Positions 38,201 through 47,697 of a stretch of DNA of 64,000 nt are shown here, in pieces (the stretch's first letter is position 1; every line of letters starts with the position of its first letter). The notes beneath the pieces are model-generated. The model saw nothing but the letters and a program-made list of their open reading frames with translations. It searched no databases and was not told the origin of the DNA. Made by a program: the position numbers and the translations under genes. The stretch covers positions 1-64,000 of IMG/VR virus record IMGVR_UViG_3300021378_000015, one strand, 5' to 3'. The stretch comes from a virus. Taxonomy: Duplodnaviria > Caudoviricetes.

Positions 38201-41200
38201 AACATACCATATCTAAAGAACCTTGCCAATAGACTTAAAAGTGTCAGAAAGATTACTGATAAGATGACACCAGAACAGCGTGATGAAGTCTATGAGGCTT
38301 CAGATGCATTCTTGTTTGGTGAAGATCAGAAGACCAGGGACGAAGGGATTGCAAGATTAAAAGAGATTAATGAGACACTTGCTCAGGAAGTAAGTATCAT
38401 GAAACAAATCAGAGATTTTTACCAGGGACAGTTTGAGTCTGACCCTATGTTTGATATACTCCCTGATGAGTTGATAGATATCATAAAAGATAATTCCCAG
38501 TTCTATGGCACCACAACTTATCGTGCGTTTACCGATCCTGATTTTAAGTTTGATAGTGAGTTAGGGAAAGCGGCAGAGCAGGTAATGGTACTGGAAGCCT
38601 TGGAAGATAAGTTTATAGAGTTAACCGATCAATTAACTCTTGCTCCAGAAGGGATGAAAGTCTTGGCTGAAATGCGGGAAATGAAACTTGATCCGCGTAA
38701 ACCAGATGATGTTAAAAAATATGTAGAGGCTAAGAAGAAGTCCTTAAACAAGGGGATAAAAGATATTTCCAAAGAGGGTAACACCTCGGCGGTTGTAACA
38801 GCGACAGATAACCTTAAAGCATTTTCTGAAAAAGATTTATCTCAGATACAAGAAGAAATAGATGCAGCATTTCTTGCTGAAAAAATACAAGCGCAAAATT
38901 TACGTTGGGATACAGACGAAGGACTTTTCGCTTATATAGACAAAGTTGAAGCCCCTGCAATTCAGGCTCAGGTAAGAAAATACATCAAAGACATACAGAT
39001 AACGTCTCGTCAAAACATTAACAATGCTGACAATGGTTTTGTTAAAGACACCAGTTTAGGTGGCCTCAGAGTGCCTACTAAATCCTTTAAGGGTAAGCAG
39101 GATCTACCGGTTGAATTAAGAACATTCTTAGGTGAGGAAAGAAATCCATTTATAAAGTTTACTACCACTGTAAACAACTTAGCCAATATCTATGGGCAGT
39201 ATGGATTAGTTTCAAGAGTAAACAAGGCGGGGCAAAACGCAGGCACAGGTGACATAATTATTACTAAGGCTATTGCTGATGCGATCATGAATGGAATCTA
39301 TTTGTTAGATGCTAAAGGAGATACGTTGCCGGTATTCATGAATGACATCAATGAGGTCTCTGCACGAGCGCAAAAAGAACTGATATATTTGGCAGAAGGC
39401 TTGGGCTTAAAAAGAAGAGACGAGTCGCTTACAGATTTCTATGACAGAATAGGAATTGAGTATAAAGAAAAAGACTACCAAACTAAAGTAATGTTTGTCG
39501 AGGGTAAAGTCGACAAGGTAATTGAGCCAACTAATTTTAATGAGTTCCAAAAATTAAGTGATGCTATAGAGATTTACTTTAGAGAAAACTATACATCAGT
39601 TCAAGATAATAACTCACCTCTTAAAGGTCAGTCTATTAATAATGATTTTGTAGAAGCGTTAAAGATGACGCCACTGTATGCTGCGAAGAACCAGGGTATG
39701 CGAATCTACTATGGTATCCTATTGCAGATGCGTAGAACACGGGTACTCTATAACCTGCCTACCTGGAGAAAGAACATTATGGGTGGTTGGTATTTCCTGG
39801 GGCTTAATGGAATACTTCCTATTGGTGAAAACTTAGGTGGCTATAATATTATAAAGGATCTAAGAACACGATTAAAGAAAATGAAAGATGGGGAATATAC
39901 TGATCCCCAAATACAAGAGCACTTTGAGACAGCGGCTAAGTACGGACTATTTGGTAGTTCTATTAGCCTGGCTATGTTTGACAACATCAATAATTCTTTC
40001 TATTCTCAGATGAGTGGAGAGAACCCCAATAAAGCATGGGGCTGGATGAAACAAAAATCAAAAGACTTAGCATATCAGTACGGTGCGATAGATGACTATA
40101 CTAAATTAGTAGGCTTCCTTGCTAAGAGAGAAAACTTTGCGAAGCGTTTAGCCTCTAACCCAGAAGGCAAACCATTCAGTGAGTTAAATCCTCAAGAGCA
40201 AAACGAAGTAAACGAGATGACAGCGGAGAGAATAAAACAAAACTTCCCGACGATGTCACGTATACACCCTGCTTTCAGGGGTCTTATGCAGAGTCCTTTT
40301 GGGGATTTCCTTTCGTTTAGACTGGAGTCGTTCCGTAGTTTTCTTGCTGTATACCAAAATGCAGTAAGTGATATAAGAGAGGGTGCAACTAATGAAAGTT
40401 TAACACCATCGCAAAAGAAAGCATACATCCTTGACGGTACGAAAGCATTGGTTACTGGATCAGCACTGGCAGGTATGTCTGCTGTTGGTTACACAATGAT
40501 TGGTGAACTTGTTCGCAGTCTCACGGGGAAAGAAGATGAAGATGAGCAAGAATTAGCAGCAACAGCAAGAGGTGTTAACATGATACTCCCCCCGTGGATG
40601 CAGGGCGCTAACATTGTCCCTATTGAAATGAATAAGAATGGTGAGATTCGTTTTGTAAACATGAGTTCAGAAGATCCTTACGATGAGATACAGGGATTGA
40701 TATATGGTCGTGACGGAATAAATAGGCTCACTCAAATCAATGAGATACTGTCAGACTTTAAAGATCCTAACATGGCGGTTAAACTTGTGTTTAATTTAGC
40801 CAAAGGAGAAAACCAATACGGACAACCGATAAGAAACAGCGATGATCTAAACTGGTTTTACAGACACTTGATCCCTTCTTCTTACTTAGACTGGGATAAG
40901 ACGACTGGCACCTATGTTTTAAAAGAAGTATTTATACCACCGAACATTGCTTTTATTGAGCGTACTCTAAGAAAGAGAGCAAAGGAAATACAAGATGCAG
41001 AAAAAGAAGGGCGTGATCCAGAGTTAGAACCTTTGAATGCACTTCAATTGGGTACTAATATATTCTTTAGAGACTACCCAGTTAATATCGCCAGTCAATT
41101 TGGTTGGAATCTCAAAGACAAAAACTTTAGAGAGAAGTGGGAAGATATTCCTGAAAGTAGAAGAACTGTACGCAAGGCGCATCTCGATGAGGTTAAGCAG

Positions 41201-41344
41201 GCTTATCAGTATGGGGTGACTTATGGTGAGGCAAAAGACAACTATGATCTTATTGATAAGTTTGAGAATCAAGTGCGTAGGAAGTTCGGTCGTAGCCCAG
41301 CAGAATTAGATTACATCCTGTATGACATGGAGTTACCAGATTAA
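35294..41344 (+). CDS. Giant ejection or polyvalent protein with HExxH metallopeptidase-like motif
   Basis: 2016 aa; Gly/Ala hydrophobic segment, AYHEIFH..EEF, duplicated L..AYDRGV.L.QI.Q...DDP. Confidence 0.7.
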   Translation: MEDQDLLIELQSAYDRGVSLEQIQQVLSDDPNVEQGALQVAEDFFLKKKDSSEGSQAGDLVVSESESVQDTMASPSTAVDSNSGFLLQEGLTSLSDAYDRGVNLSQIEQEFQDDPEFVTLAKDYYKTLDSRVWDDPREEGMGIIIDDNPNMLGRLWNRGAASGRLAAEIAKGEATGYMNWENIAYLNSIMQRDGVKKTGEENPVFDFAGDVIRAIPESLISMATGIEAGLAGAATGAGTGAGVGSVVPGIGTAVGAGTGAVSGFFGASSLAIEYAHSLMDVIREEGVNVTDGDQLAFAFEDEELMDRAREKGLKRGIPIAVFDAISGGVGGKVGTTVVKNISKSATNRAAKILAAETLTQGALGAGGELSGQLVAGEKIRPRDIALEAFAELGPAAPVMAYNLAGRINATPGELKYADNIKAKEKQSDVVEASNAVDAIPEMSKLNTEIEELEAVTPVDKNEARVKKQKLRELRDKKYDLKADLSENYLALDEETRNQVKAKLAMVMVNDETISAQGANPELSNVLREENKKLKAEIKETITGKTTSNDQASGQEVQGDIEARQELGDVPDTEGSATPVTVSGILQAREEEGQTQGELIEGEATERSSSFLNIKDRDGQSLNLYDPNDAAALRRALDEGEFRAGEREYLENMILASESYRKSIPEAKMFVIGFGREGYQNALERTGFGRDKPGQRSAGMTARDRGQKNVGRIALEVPVESSLYGEAQGRGPGEKFTGIQTAYHEIFHNVLNQHFGENLSDYNQLRKLVIRQLAESDVKQLNDFAKRYADADDVTGTLPSEEFMVQLSGLLANKNIKFAPSFLEQLKAFIGKIIQKVTGGRVKFQELNDAVLAQDLANYLKGTTEAMRLGADVREVSQPASLRTERFQRTRQDVRFGPDGEVVSLTEARNAASLPDPENYNRTLDPVEKLLKSIKDKTSSATRALEKKLNTGLRKVRGEVLSAMEFKQSANIPYLKNLANRLKSVRKITDKMTPEQRDEVYEASDAFLFGEDQKTRDEGIARLKEINETLAQEVSIMKQIRDFYQGQFESDPMFDILPDELIDIIKDNSQFYGTTTYRAFTDPDFKFDSELGKAAEQVMVLEALEDKFIELTDQLTLAPEGMKVLAEMREMKLDPRKPDDVKKYVEAKKKSLNKGIKDISKEGNTSAVVTATDNLKAFSEKDLSQIQEEIDAAFLAEKIQAQNLRWDTDEGLFAYIDKVEAPAIQAQVRKYIKDIQITSRQNINNADNGFVKDTSLGGLRVPTKSFKGKQDLPVELRTFLGEERNPFIKFTTTVNNLANIYGQYGLVSRVNKAGQNAGTGDIIITKAIADAIMNGIYLLDAKGDTLPVFMNDINEVSARAQKELIYLAEGLGLKRRDESLTDFYDRIGIEYKEKDYQTKVMFVEGKVDKVIEPTNFNEFQKLSDAIEIYFRENYTSVQDNNSPLKGQSINNDFVEALKMTPLYAAKNQGMRIYYGILLQMRRTRVLYNLPTWRKNIMGGWYFLGLNGILPIGENLGGYNIIKDLRTRLKKMKDGEYTDPQIQEHFETAAKYGLFGSSISLAMFDNINNSFYSQMSGENPNKAWGWMKQKSKDLAYQYGAIDDYTKLVGFLAKRENFAKRLASNPEGKPFSELNPQEQNEVNEMTAERIKQNFPTMSRIHPAFRGLMQSPFGDFLSFRLESFRSFLAVYQNAVSDIREGATNESLTPSQKKAYILDGTKALVTGSALAGMSAVGYTMIGELVRSLTGKEDEDEQELAATARGVNMILPPWMQGANIVPIEMNKNGEIRFVNMSSEDPYDEIQGLIYGRDGINRLTQINEILSDFKDPNMAVKLVFNLAKGENQYGQPIRNSDDLNWFYRHLIPSSYLDWDKTTGTYVLKEVFIPPNIAFIERTLRKRAKEIQDAEKEGRDPELEPLNALQLGTNIFFRDYPVNIASQFGWNLKDKNFREKWEDIPESRRTVRKAHLDEVKQAYQYGVTYGEAKDNYDLIDKFENQVRRKFGRSPAELDYILYDMELPD
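36936..37088 (+). CDS. Nested +1-frame small basic protein (50 aa)
   Basis: MIKQVGKKYRVTSKQGKNLGTYPTLKEAQRRLQLVEYFKRVKKKGKRKEN; A-rich start context. Confidence 0.6.
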   Translation: MIKQVGKKYRVTSKQGKNLGTYPTLKEAQRRLQLVEYFKRVKKKGKRKEN

Positions 41345-41386
41345 CTCAGCCTTCGCGAATAACAATCAGAATCTTATTTTTGTATA

Positions 41387-41620
41387 ATGAAGTGGAAACA
41401 AATATTTAAGGACAGCAACGACTGGAACGAGAAGAGTATTCTTGGTGCAATTTCTTTTGCTGTAATGGTTTTGGTAATGGCTCTTGACCTTATCACTGGT
41501 GCGTTCGGAAAAGATTTAGTAATCAATGAAGGTGTCTACAACTCTTTTGTGTACGTCACAATTGGCTGTTTTGGAATTGCTGGATTAGAAAAATTTTCTA
41601 AGTCCGGTGGCGATAAATAA
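41387..41620 (+). CDS. Putative holin
   Basis: Two TM helices, GIAGLEKF end; TATTTTTG 4 nt before ATG. Confidence 0.6.
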   Translation: MKWKQIFKDSNDWNEKSILGAISFAVMVLVMALDLITGAFGKDLVINEGVYNSFVYVTIGCFGIAGLEKFSKSGGDK

Positions 41621-41888
41621 AGAGATATCAGAAGACACGGTAGTAGGTCTATCACTAAAGACCGTTGGTATGATTATCGGCGGGGCAGTAATAGTTAGTC
41701 TGGGATACTTTGACCTAAAGGCTGAGGTACAGGATGCAAAAGAATTACCAGCACCTGTTATTGGCCGAACAGAGTATGACTTAAAAGATGAGTTGATACG
41801 GACCACGATCATGAACACCAAGTCGGATGTTGATGACATCAAAAAGCAATTAGACAAAATAGAAGAGCGCCTCTTCGAGATGAAATGA
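41607..41888 (+). CDS. Single-TM coiled-coil membrane protein
   Basis: Hydrophobic helix then LDKIEERL coiled coil. Confidence 0.7.
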   Translation: MAINKEISEDTVVGLSLKTVGMIIGGAVIVSLGYFDLKAEVQDAKELPAPVIGRTEYDLKDELIRTTIMNTKSDVDDIKKQLDKIEERLFEMK

Positions 41889-42217
41889 AAAAGGTTGCAC
41901 TCGCCATAGCATTCACCTTACTGTGTGCCTTCAAGGTGCCGACCAGGGGATTGGTGGTAGTGCATTATAACGCTGAGTTTAATTCAACCAACAGCGTACC
42001 ATTAAAAAAAATAAGTGATGCCCGTGTTATCAACGCATGGATAGACGAGACTGATGTAAAAGAATACGGGAAGATAAAATCTGTTCCTACCATAGTCCTT
42101 TACCAAAATGGTGAGGAGATACAGCGGTGGGAGCCAGGTCTTTCATTAAACCTTTCCGTAACACATAAGGATATACAGGAGAGTATTGATGAACTAACCG
42201 GCGCAATCAAATTCTAA
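41885..42217 (+). CDS. Exported thioredoxin-fold protein lacking CxxC
   Basis: Signal peptide; VVVHYNAEFN, IKSVPTIVLYQNGEEIQRW. Confidence 0.65.
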   Translation: MKKVALAIAFTLLCAFKVPTRGLVVVHYNAEFNSTNSVPLKKISDARVINAWIDETDVKEYGKIKSVPTIVLYQNGEEIQRWEPGLSLNLSVTHKDIQESIDELTGAIKF

Positions 42218-43296
42218 TGAGAAACATACTGATTACTTTTTTCTTAATGAGTTCTATGTTGCTGCACGCTCAAAAAATTGGGGGTGTATTTAAGTATGCT
42301 ACTGTTTACACAAGTGCATTCGCTTCATCACCTATGCCTGCTCAAAAAGAATACTTCGTTACTCAGGGCGGAGAACTTCAAGACATTACAATTGAGAATC
42401 CATTCGACTACAAAGCAACTATTGGTATACGTAGGGTTGCTCGGTATGACTATGAGAACAGACAGAACAGGTTCTATGACGGACAAACAGAGTCTACAAC
42501 AGCGTTGTCTGCTACAGTTGGTTCTGTGAAGGGACTTGAATACCTTGCTCAGTACGACGTGGGTCGTCAGCAAGGGTCAGCATACGTAAACCAAAGATAC
42601 TTCCTTAGATACCTTGCTAAATACTTTATGGTAAAGGGCGAGTACTATAGTCAAGGGCTTGTTGATTTGAATTATACGCAAGTAGAATCAAGACTAAGAT
42701 TACATATAGGTGAGTTAGATTTTTCAGCAGGTGTTGCCGGGCGTTTACACAGGTCATATGGATATAATCCAATAGCAGACTTCTTAGCACACAACCCTTG
42801 GTGGGACTTAGTACGCAACATGGGTTATGAAGACGTCTACTATGGCATTGATTACGACAATGATGATGAGATAGATAACGGCGACTGGTTCTGGTTAGAC
42901 CCAGAAGGGGAGAAGGTTGCTGATACCGATGAAGACTTCCGCAGATATATCTACCCTGGTATCGTAAATGAATTCAACAAACTTAGCATAGATAGTGTTG
43001 GTCTTATTCAGTCTGTGTCTGCGATAATTGGGGTAGACTATTATCACTATGAGGATGACTTTTGGATACACTCTTGGTTAAACATTCTTCCTTACCACAT
43101 GCACGTAGGTGACAAAGAAGAGTTTTCTTATAGCAACTACGTAGATGGGAATCAATGGGTTGACTACAGTACAGGTCTTGTCTTTGGATGGAAACCAGGA
43201 AAGCGTTGGGGCTTTTTTACAGAGGTCGAGTACATGAAGTATTGGGACAGAAATATATTCAACCTAAGAGCGGGTGTTAACTATCAGTTGAGATAA
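42217..43296 (+). CDS. Putative outer-membrane beta-barrel protein
   Basis: Signal peptide ending HAQ; alternating aromatic strands; C-terminal NLRAGVNYQLR. Confidence 0.6.
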   Translation: MRNILITFFLMSSMLLHAQKIGGVFKYATVYTSAFASSPMPAQKEYFVTQGGELQDITIENPFDYKATIGIRRVARYDYENRQNRFYDGQTESTTALSATVGSVKGLEYLAQYDVGRQQGSAYVNQRYFLRYLAKYFMVKGEYYSQGLVDLNYTQVESRLRLHIGELDFSAGVAGRLHRSYGYNPIADFLAHNPWWDLVRNMGYEDVYYGIDYDNDDEIDNGDWFWLDPEGEKVADTDEDFRRYIYPGIVNEFNKLSIDSVGLIQSVSAIIGVDYYHYEDDFWIHSWLNILPYHMHVGDKEEFSYSNYVDGNQWVDYSTGLVFGWKPGKRWGFFTEVEYMKYWDRNIFNLRAGVNYQLR

Positions 43297-43713
43297 ATGA
43301 AATGGCTATCCTTATTAATAATAGTGCTATCATTGAGCAGTTGCAGCGCGCAGTGGCACCTAAGAAAAGCAATCAAGAAAGACCCCAGCGTACTAAGGAA
43401 AGACACGGTTGTTGTTACGGATACGATTGTAACTGCACCGGTCTCGGTGCGTGATACCATAACTCTTCAACAGCGGGACACCATTACCATCACTAAGGAT
43501 AGACTTAAGGTTAACATCGTGCGTTCGTTTGACACCATTATGGTAGACGCAATTTGCGAAAGTGATACTATTGTACAGGTGATAGAAGTACCTGTCCCGT
43601 CCATCGTTATGAAGGACAGCGACAGGTGGTACAACAAGGTTTACAAGTTTTCTTTTTACTTACTGTTGCTTCTTCTATCTGTGCTTTTCTTACGTAAGAA
43701 ATTAATCTCCTGA
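43297..43713 (+). CDS. Lipoprotein with C-terminal TM helix (unimolecular-spanin-like)
   Basis: LSSC lipobox, DT-repeat beta region, C-terminal hydrophobic helix plus RKK. Confidence 0.6.
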   Translation: MKWLSLLIIVLSLSSCSAQWHLRKAIKKDPSVLRKDTVVVTDTIVTAPVSVRDTITLQQRDTITITKDRLKVNIVRSFDTIMVDAICESDTIVQVIEVPVPSIVMKDSDRWYNKVYKFSFYLLLLLLSVLFLRKKLIS

Positions 43714-43812
43714 TCAGGAGCCACACGCTTCGCAGTCTTCCGGGTTTAAGGTGTTACAAGTCGGTTGTTCAGCCGATTCAAGTTCTGCTACGAATTTGTC
43801 GAAGTCTTCCAT
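43714..43812 (-). CDS. 32-aa peptide resembling the ribonucleotide reductase alpha C-terminal CxxC tail
   Basis: MEDFDKFVAELESAEQPTCNTLNPEDCEACGS; TATCTTCG element at 43860-43867 on -. Confidence 0.65.
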   Translation of the reverse strand: MEDFDKFVAELESAEQPTCNTLNPEDCEACGS

Positions 43813-43877
43813 AATGAGCGATAAATAATTGTTTGTAACCCACGAAATTGTGGGAGCATCGAAGATACAAAACGTAT

Positions 43878-44387
43878 CTATAGAGGTTTCATTTCGTAAT
43901 AGGGTGAGTATGCGTGCCTTACATCCCAGAGCCTTACATCGTCGGGTGTGAAATCGGCAAATAGATATTCGTCTGGTGATGTAAACAAGATGAAGAGTAC
44001 TATGTCGGACTCTTCTTTATCCATCGCTCTCTTGTTAGCCTTGAATGTTTTCTCACAAGTCTTTACACTAAGTCCGTACTTAATCTTTGTTGACTCTACT
44101 ATAATGTCTGGGTCATCAGTAACATTCTTTGTTTCTTTTAACAGCGTAGACACTGTATATCTAGTTACCTCTGGTGTAACCTCAAAGTAATGACGGATAA
44201 GCAACTCACCAAGTATGCCTATGTACTCTGTGTAATACTCTCTTGATACTTCTCCCAATAATACTGATTGCTTTGTACCCTTTCTCTGTTTGTGAGTACC
44301 CTTATACCTTCTGCGATTAGCATCAATCCTTCTTAACGTAAGGTCATTGGCATATTCTTTTAGGTATGATGGGATCTGGTCTTTCAT
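43878..44387 (-). CDS. Hypothetical protein, possible PD-(D/E)xK nuclease fold
   Basis: GILGE..PDI..SVKT pattern. Confidence 0.55.
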   Translation of the reverse strand: MKDQIPSYLKEYANDLTLRRIDANRRRYKGTHKQRKGTKQSVLLGEVSREYYTEYIGILGELLIRHYFEVTPEVTRYTVSTLLKETKNVTDDPDIIVESTKIKYGLSVKTCEKTFKANKRAMDKEESDIVLFILFTSPDEYLFADFTPDDVRLWDVRHAYSPYYEMKPL

Positions 44388-45349
44388 GAGAGTCCTTCAA
44401 GCCGCAGTTTATTTATGGTAGACAAATCATAATGCTCTTTACAATACTCGTAAAGATTCTTACCAAGCCTCATAGCCTTGGGTAATGTCATGCCCTCTAC
44501 GGCCTCCTTCCATTCTTGTGGTGTGTCACACAGGATGCCTGTCTCTCCGTGCTTTATAACCTCCTTATATGGCGTTACGTTTGATGCTATGATTGCAGTA
44601 CGAGTGAACCCTGCTTCAACTACTTTTAATTCAGACTTGCTTTTGTTGAACTTGGAGTCCTTCAAGGGGCTAAGGGAGACATCGAAGAACTTGTACAACT
44701 TAGCGTACTGAGTAATATCCACAGGGTTCATTCTATACTTTGCTTTTAACTTTTCTGGATAGTCCATCAGACCCATGCAATATAACTCATGGTCTTCAAA
44801 CGTCATACCCATCTGCTCTAAATCTTTTTGATGTCCATTGGCTCCGAGATATCCAAAGCGAACCTTGTAGTCTTTAGGCATATCCTTTTCCCAATCAATC
44901 CATTGCTCCTCCTTTTGATGTATGGTATTCGGTATCACCCGGTATACAGCGGAAGGGTTTATGTCTTTCATTATCTCTACAAGAAACGCAGAGGGACTCC
45001 AAATCTCATCGGCTATGAGTATACTCGCCTTGATATCTTTTGACTGATGGTTCTTGTAGTATTCGTAAGCAGGATTATCCTTTGGTAGTTTCCAATAGTC
45101 ATCGTTGTCTAATATAAGTTTGACATCATTGTCTACCAGATACTGCTTGAATGCTTTATGATTGGAGACGCTAAACCTTCTTGACCCTACAAGGTTCTTG
45201 ACCTTTGAAAGGTCGAACTCTTTAAGGTCATTAAAGTTTTCTATAAAGTGTATCTCCAGATCCTCCTCTTCCTTAAGTCTAAGGAAGGGTGTCATTAGCC
45301 GGTGATAGTTGATACCATTTAGGCCGTCAAGATAAATCAGCGTCATCAT
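44384..45349 (-). CDS. GT4-like glycosyltransferase
   Basis: YHRL.TP, DNDDYW, DVSLSPL..FNKSKSELKVVEAG, IASNVTPY. Confidence 0.85.
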   Translation of the reverse strand: MMTLIYLDGLNGINYHRLMTPFLRLKEEEDLEIHFIENFNDLKEFDLSKVKNLVGSRRFSVSNHKAFKQYLVDNDVKLILDNDDYWKLPKDNPAYEYYKNHQSKDIKASILIADEIWSPSAFLVEIMKDINPSAVYRVIPNTIHQKEEQWIDWEKDMPKDYKVRFGYLGANGHQKDLEQMGMTFEDHELYCMGLMDYPEKLKAKYRMNPVDITQYAKLYKFFDVSLSPLKDSKFNKSKSELKVVEAGFTRTAIIASNVTPYKEVIKHGETGILCDTPQEWKEAVEGMTLPKAMRLGKNLYEYCKEHYDLSTINKLRLEGLS

Positions 45350-45551
45350 AATGCTCTAACAATGCGGCTCTTATTAAATCAAATTCTGTATCTATGCTTC
45401 TCTTATGCTTTCGTATGGTGTTATGCAGACGTTCAGCATCGGTACGAGCCTCACCACTGTTTGTGTGTAGGTCTTCGTACAACTCTATGGCTGCTTCCTG
45501 CATTCTTGCAGTCGCCAGGAAATAAACTTTACTTAATAGTTTCGTATCCAT
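45327..45551 (-). CDS. Hypothetical protein
   Basis: Fills the operon between RusA-like and GT genes. Confidence 0.65.
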   Translation of the reverse strand: MDTKLLSKVYFLATARMQEAAIELYEDLHTNSGEARTDAERLHNTIRKHKRSIDTEFDLIRAALLEHYDDADLS

Positions 45552-45903
45552 GCGCTTTTATTTTTGCTACAAAGGTGTCCTTGGCCACCGTCCCGTCGTA
45601 ATGCGTAGACTGTGATGTGAAAAATCTAGGACTATCGTCATCAATATAACCATTGTTTCGTAGATAATCAGCAAGAAATTTACTGCAACAAATAGCGTTA
45701 TCAACATCATAACGGCAATTGTAGTAAACATGAATAGACATAGACTCCATGTGCCACTTATCAAATCCTTCAAGAACCTTTTGGATTTTTTCCCAGTAAG
45801 TTTTTTTGTACTTTGAGCGTACCGCGTAATGCCTCCCACTGTAAAATTGATTAAGCGAAGGCGGCTTTGGTAACTCCAATTTGATTTCGGTGACTTCATC
45901 CAC
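45529..45903 (-). CDS. RusA-like Holliday junction resolvase
   Basis: LPKPPSLN, DVDN..K..AD, IDDDS. Confidence 0.75.
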   Translation of the reverse strand: MDEVTEIKLELPKPPSLNQFYSGRHYAVRSKYKKTYWEKIQKVLEGFDKWHMESMSIHVYYNCRYDVDNAICCSKFLADYLRNNGYIDDDSPRFFTSQSTHYDGTVAKDTFVAKIKAHGYETIK

Positions 45904-45906
45904 CCT

Positions 45907-47697
45907 CTAATATAAGTCTAAACTACTGTTCTTGTACGCTAAAGGAGTAAAACTTTTTTCACTACTACCAAGATTCCTAAAACCTGTACGTGAACTATTG
46001 ATTTCAAGAACCACAGGATCATCCCAAGGTGTGGGTTGACCACCGGTCTCTTGGTTACGTTGTTTACGCACATGAATCTCTGTACGTTGGCGTATATCGT
46101 AGTCGTTTGACTGCGTTTTTCTATGAAATGTGAGGAAAGAATCGGCCCTATTCACGAACTTACCGCCGCCCTCAGTCATAGCAGCACTCGGTGCTACAGG
46201 CAATCCATCGGGGCCTTTAATTCTTTGAGCCTCAGTAACCGAGTGGGTGTTCAGCCACACTGCCATGTTGTTGTTGACACTAAAGGTGAGTAGTTCTGAT
46301 GCGGCCTCGTAGTGATACTCATGAGAAGATAGTTGAGCGTTCTTTGATATGGTTGTCTTCAATGAGTTGTAAGGGTCAATCAGTATACCATCATAAGGCT
46401 CTTGTCGTATAAGTTTCTCAGCGAATACTATAAGGTCGGTGTAACTATACACTTGATTGTTATTTATAATCGTAAAATGTTTGTTCACCCACTTGTATGC
46501 GGCTACTCTTTCCTCATAGTGCATGTCACTAACAGGTACATCAACTAAGAACTCCATAAGCCTCATCTTAACAGCGGCAGTTCTGTTCTCGGAAGAATAT
46601 ATAATCCATCTCCAATTGTGTAGTACAGATGCTGTCACCATTAGATACAAAGCCATTGTTGTCTTACCAACATTACTGTGACCATTGATAATAGTAAACT
46701 CTTTCTTAAACAAGTAGTACTTATCTAGGTTTGTTAGCCCGGTGGTAAGTCCCTTCTCTATCTTACCTGTTGCGAAATCATTTATCCATTCCAGATCAGT
46801 GGCATCCGAAGATATAAAAGACATGTCTCCATCGTTGATACGGAACTCTCTTTTAATCTTGTTCTCGTCATCAATAATCTCACGGATAGGCATGGTCTTA
46901 CCCTGGTTGATGCCGTCACCCATAGTCTTACGTGCTAGGTCTATGTCTTGTACATCTCTACGTACAAGTTCACGCTCCATAACACGCAGTGCTTCGTCCT
47001 CTTCCATCCTTCCTGCGGCGATGTATCCACCACACAATATGGAAGCACGTAAAAGCGTACGATGTTTATCTCCATCATCAGCCTTGCGTATCATGTGTAC
47101 TACAATATCTAACTTCTCGTAGTCGGTGTATGCCTCACGCTGTACTACCTCTTGATGCTCACTGCCTTCTGAAAGCATTAGCCCAAACACATGAGGGTCT
47201 TCATTACTTACAAGGTCTGGGTCATAACTTTCAAAGCAAGCACGCGAAAGATTTATTCCAGAAGGGTCAACCTCTAGTCCATATGTTCTATCGAAGTAGG
47301 CTTGCAACGCACGGAAGTGATCACGGTGTCTCTCGGGATTTGTAACCTGTACAAGTGCTTTCAATCCGTCTCCACTCGGAGACGTCCAACAGGCACGTAT
47401 GTAATCATCGGTGCCAAGTAATGACTTGTAATCCTCTACATCTATATGGTCAAAGTCCAATACTATTATACCGCTATGCCCCAGGATCTGGCTGTCTCTT
47501 CTGCCTTCAAATACACCAGAGAACAGTGCGATAGGCAGGGTTTTCTTTACATCCTTATTGCCTGCTCTAACTTGCTCGACCTTGGCTTGACTTTTTCCTT
47601 CACGTATACGTGTGAGGGATTCATCTAGTGTTGTGTAATGTGGGTTATCTATATCCGTTACAGACGGAAACATTGTGATTGTCTCACTTGAACTCAT
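45907..47697 (-). CDS. Primase-helicase (BT4734/VirE N-terminal domain + DnaB-like helicase)
   Basis: KKTLP..FSG.F, LDFDH, SPSGDGLK, RACFESYDP; GHSNVGKT Walker A; ILIDPYN. Confidence 0.85.
   Translation of the reverse strand: MSSSETITMFPSVTDIDNPHYTTLDESLTRIREGKSQAKVEQVRAGNKDVKKTLPIALFSGVFEGRRDSQILGHSGIIVLDFDHIDVEDYKSLLGTDDYIRACWTSPSGDGLKALVQVTNPERHRDHFRALQAYFDRTYGLEVDPSGINLSRACFESYDPDLVSNEDPHVFGLMLSEGSEHQEVVQREAYTDYEKLDIVVHMIRKADDGDKHRTLLRASILCGGYIAAGRMEEDEALRVMERELVRRDVQDIDLARKTMGDGINQGKTMPIREIIDDENKIKREFRINDGDMSFISSDATDLEWINDFATGKIEKGLTTGLTNLDKYYLFKKEFTIINGHSNVGKTTMALYLMVTASVLHNWRWIIYSSENRTAAVKMRLMEFLVDVPVSDMHYEERVAAYKWVNKHFTIINNNQVYSYTDLIVFAEKLIRQEPYDGILIDPYNSLKTTISKNAQLSSHEYHYEAASELLTFSVNNNMAVWLNTHSVTEAQRIKGPDGLPVAPSAAMTEGGGKFVNRADSFLTFHRKTQSNDYDIRQRTEIHVRKQRNQETGGQPTPWDDPVVLEINSSRTGFRNLGSSEKSFTPLAYKNSSLDLY

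Noticed and set aside
35294-41344. Virion RNA polymerase as in crAss-like phages
   Set aside because: No catalytic DxDxD-type motif seen; host-type promoters precede genes of all classes
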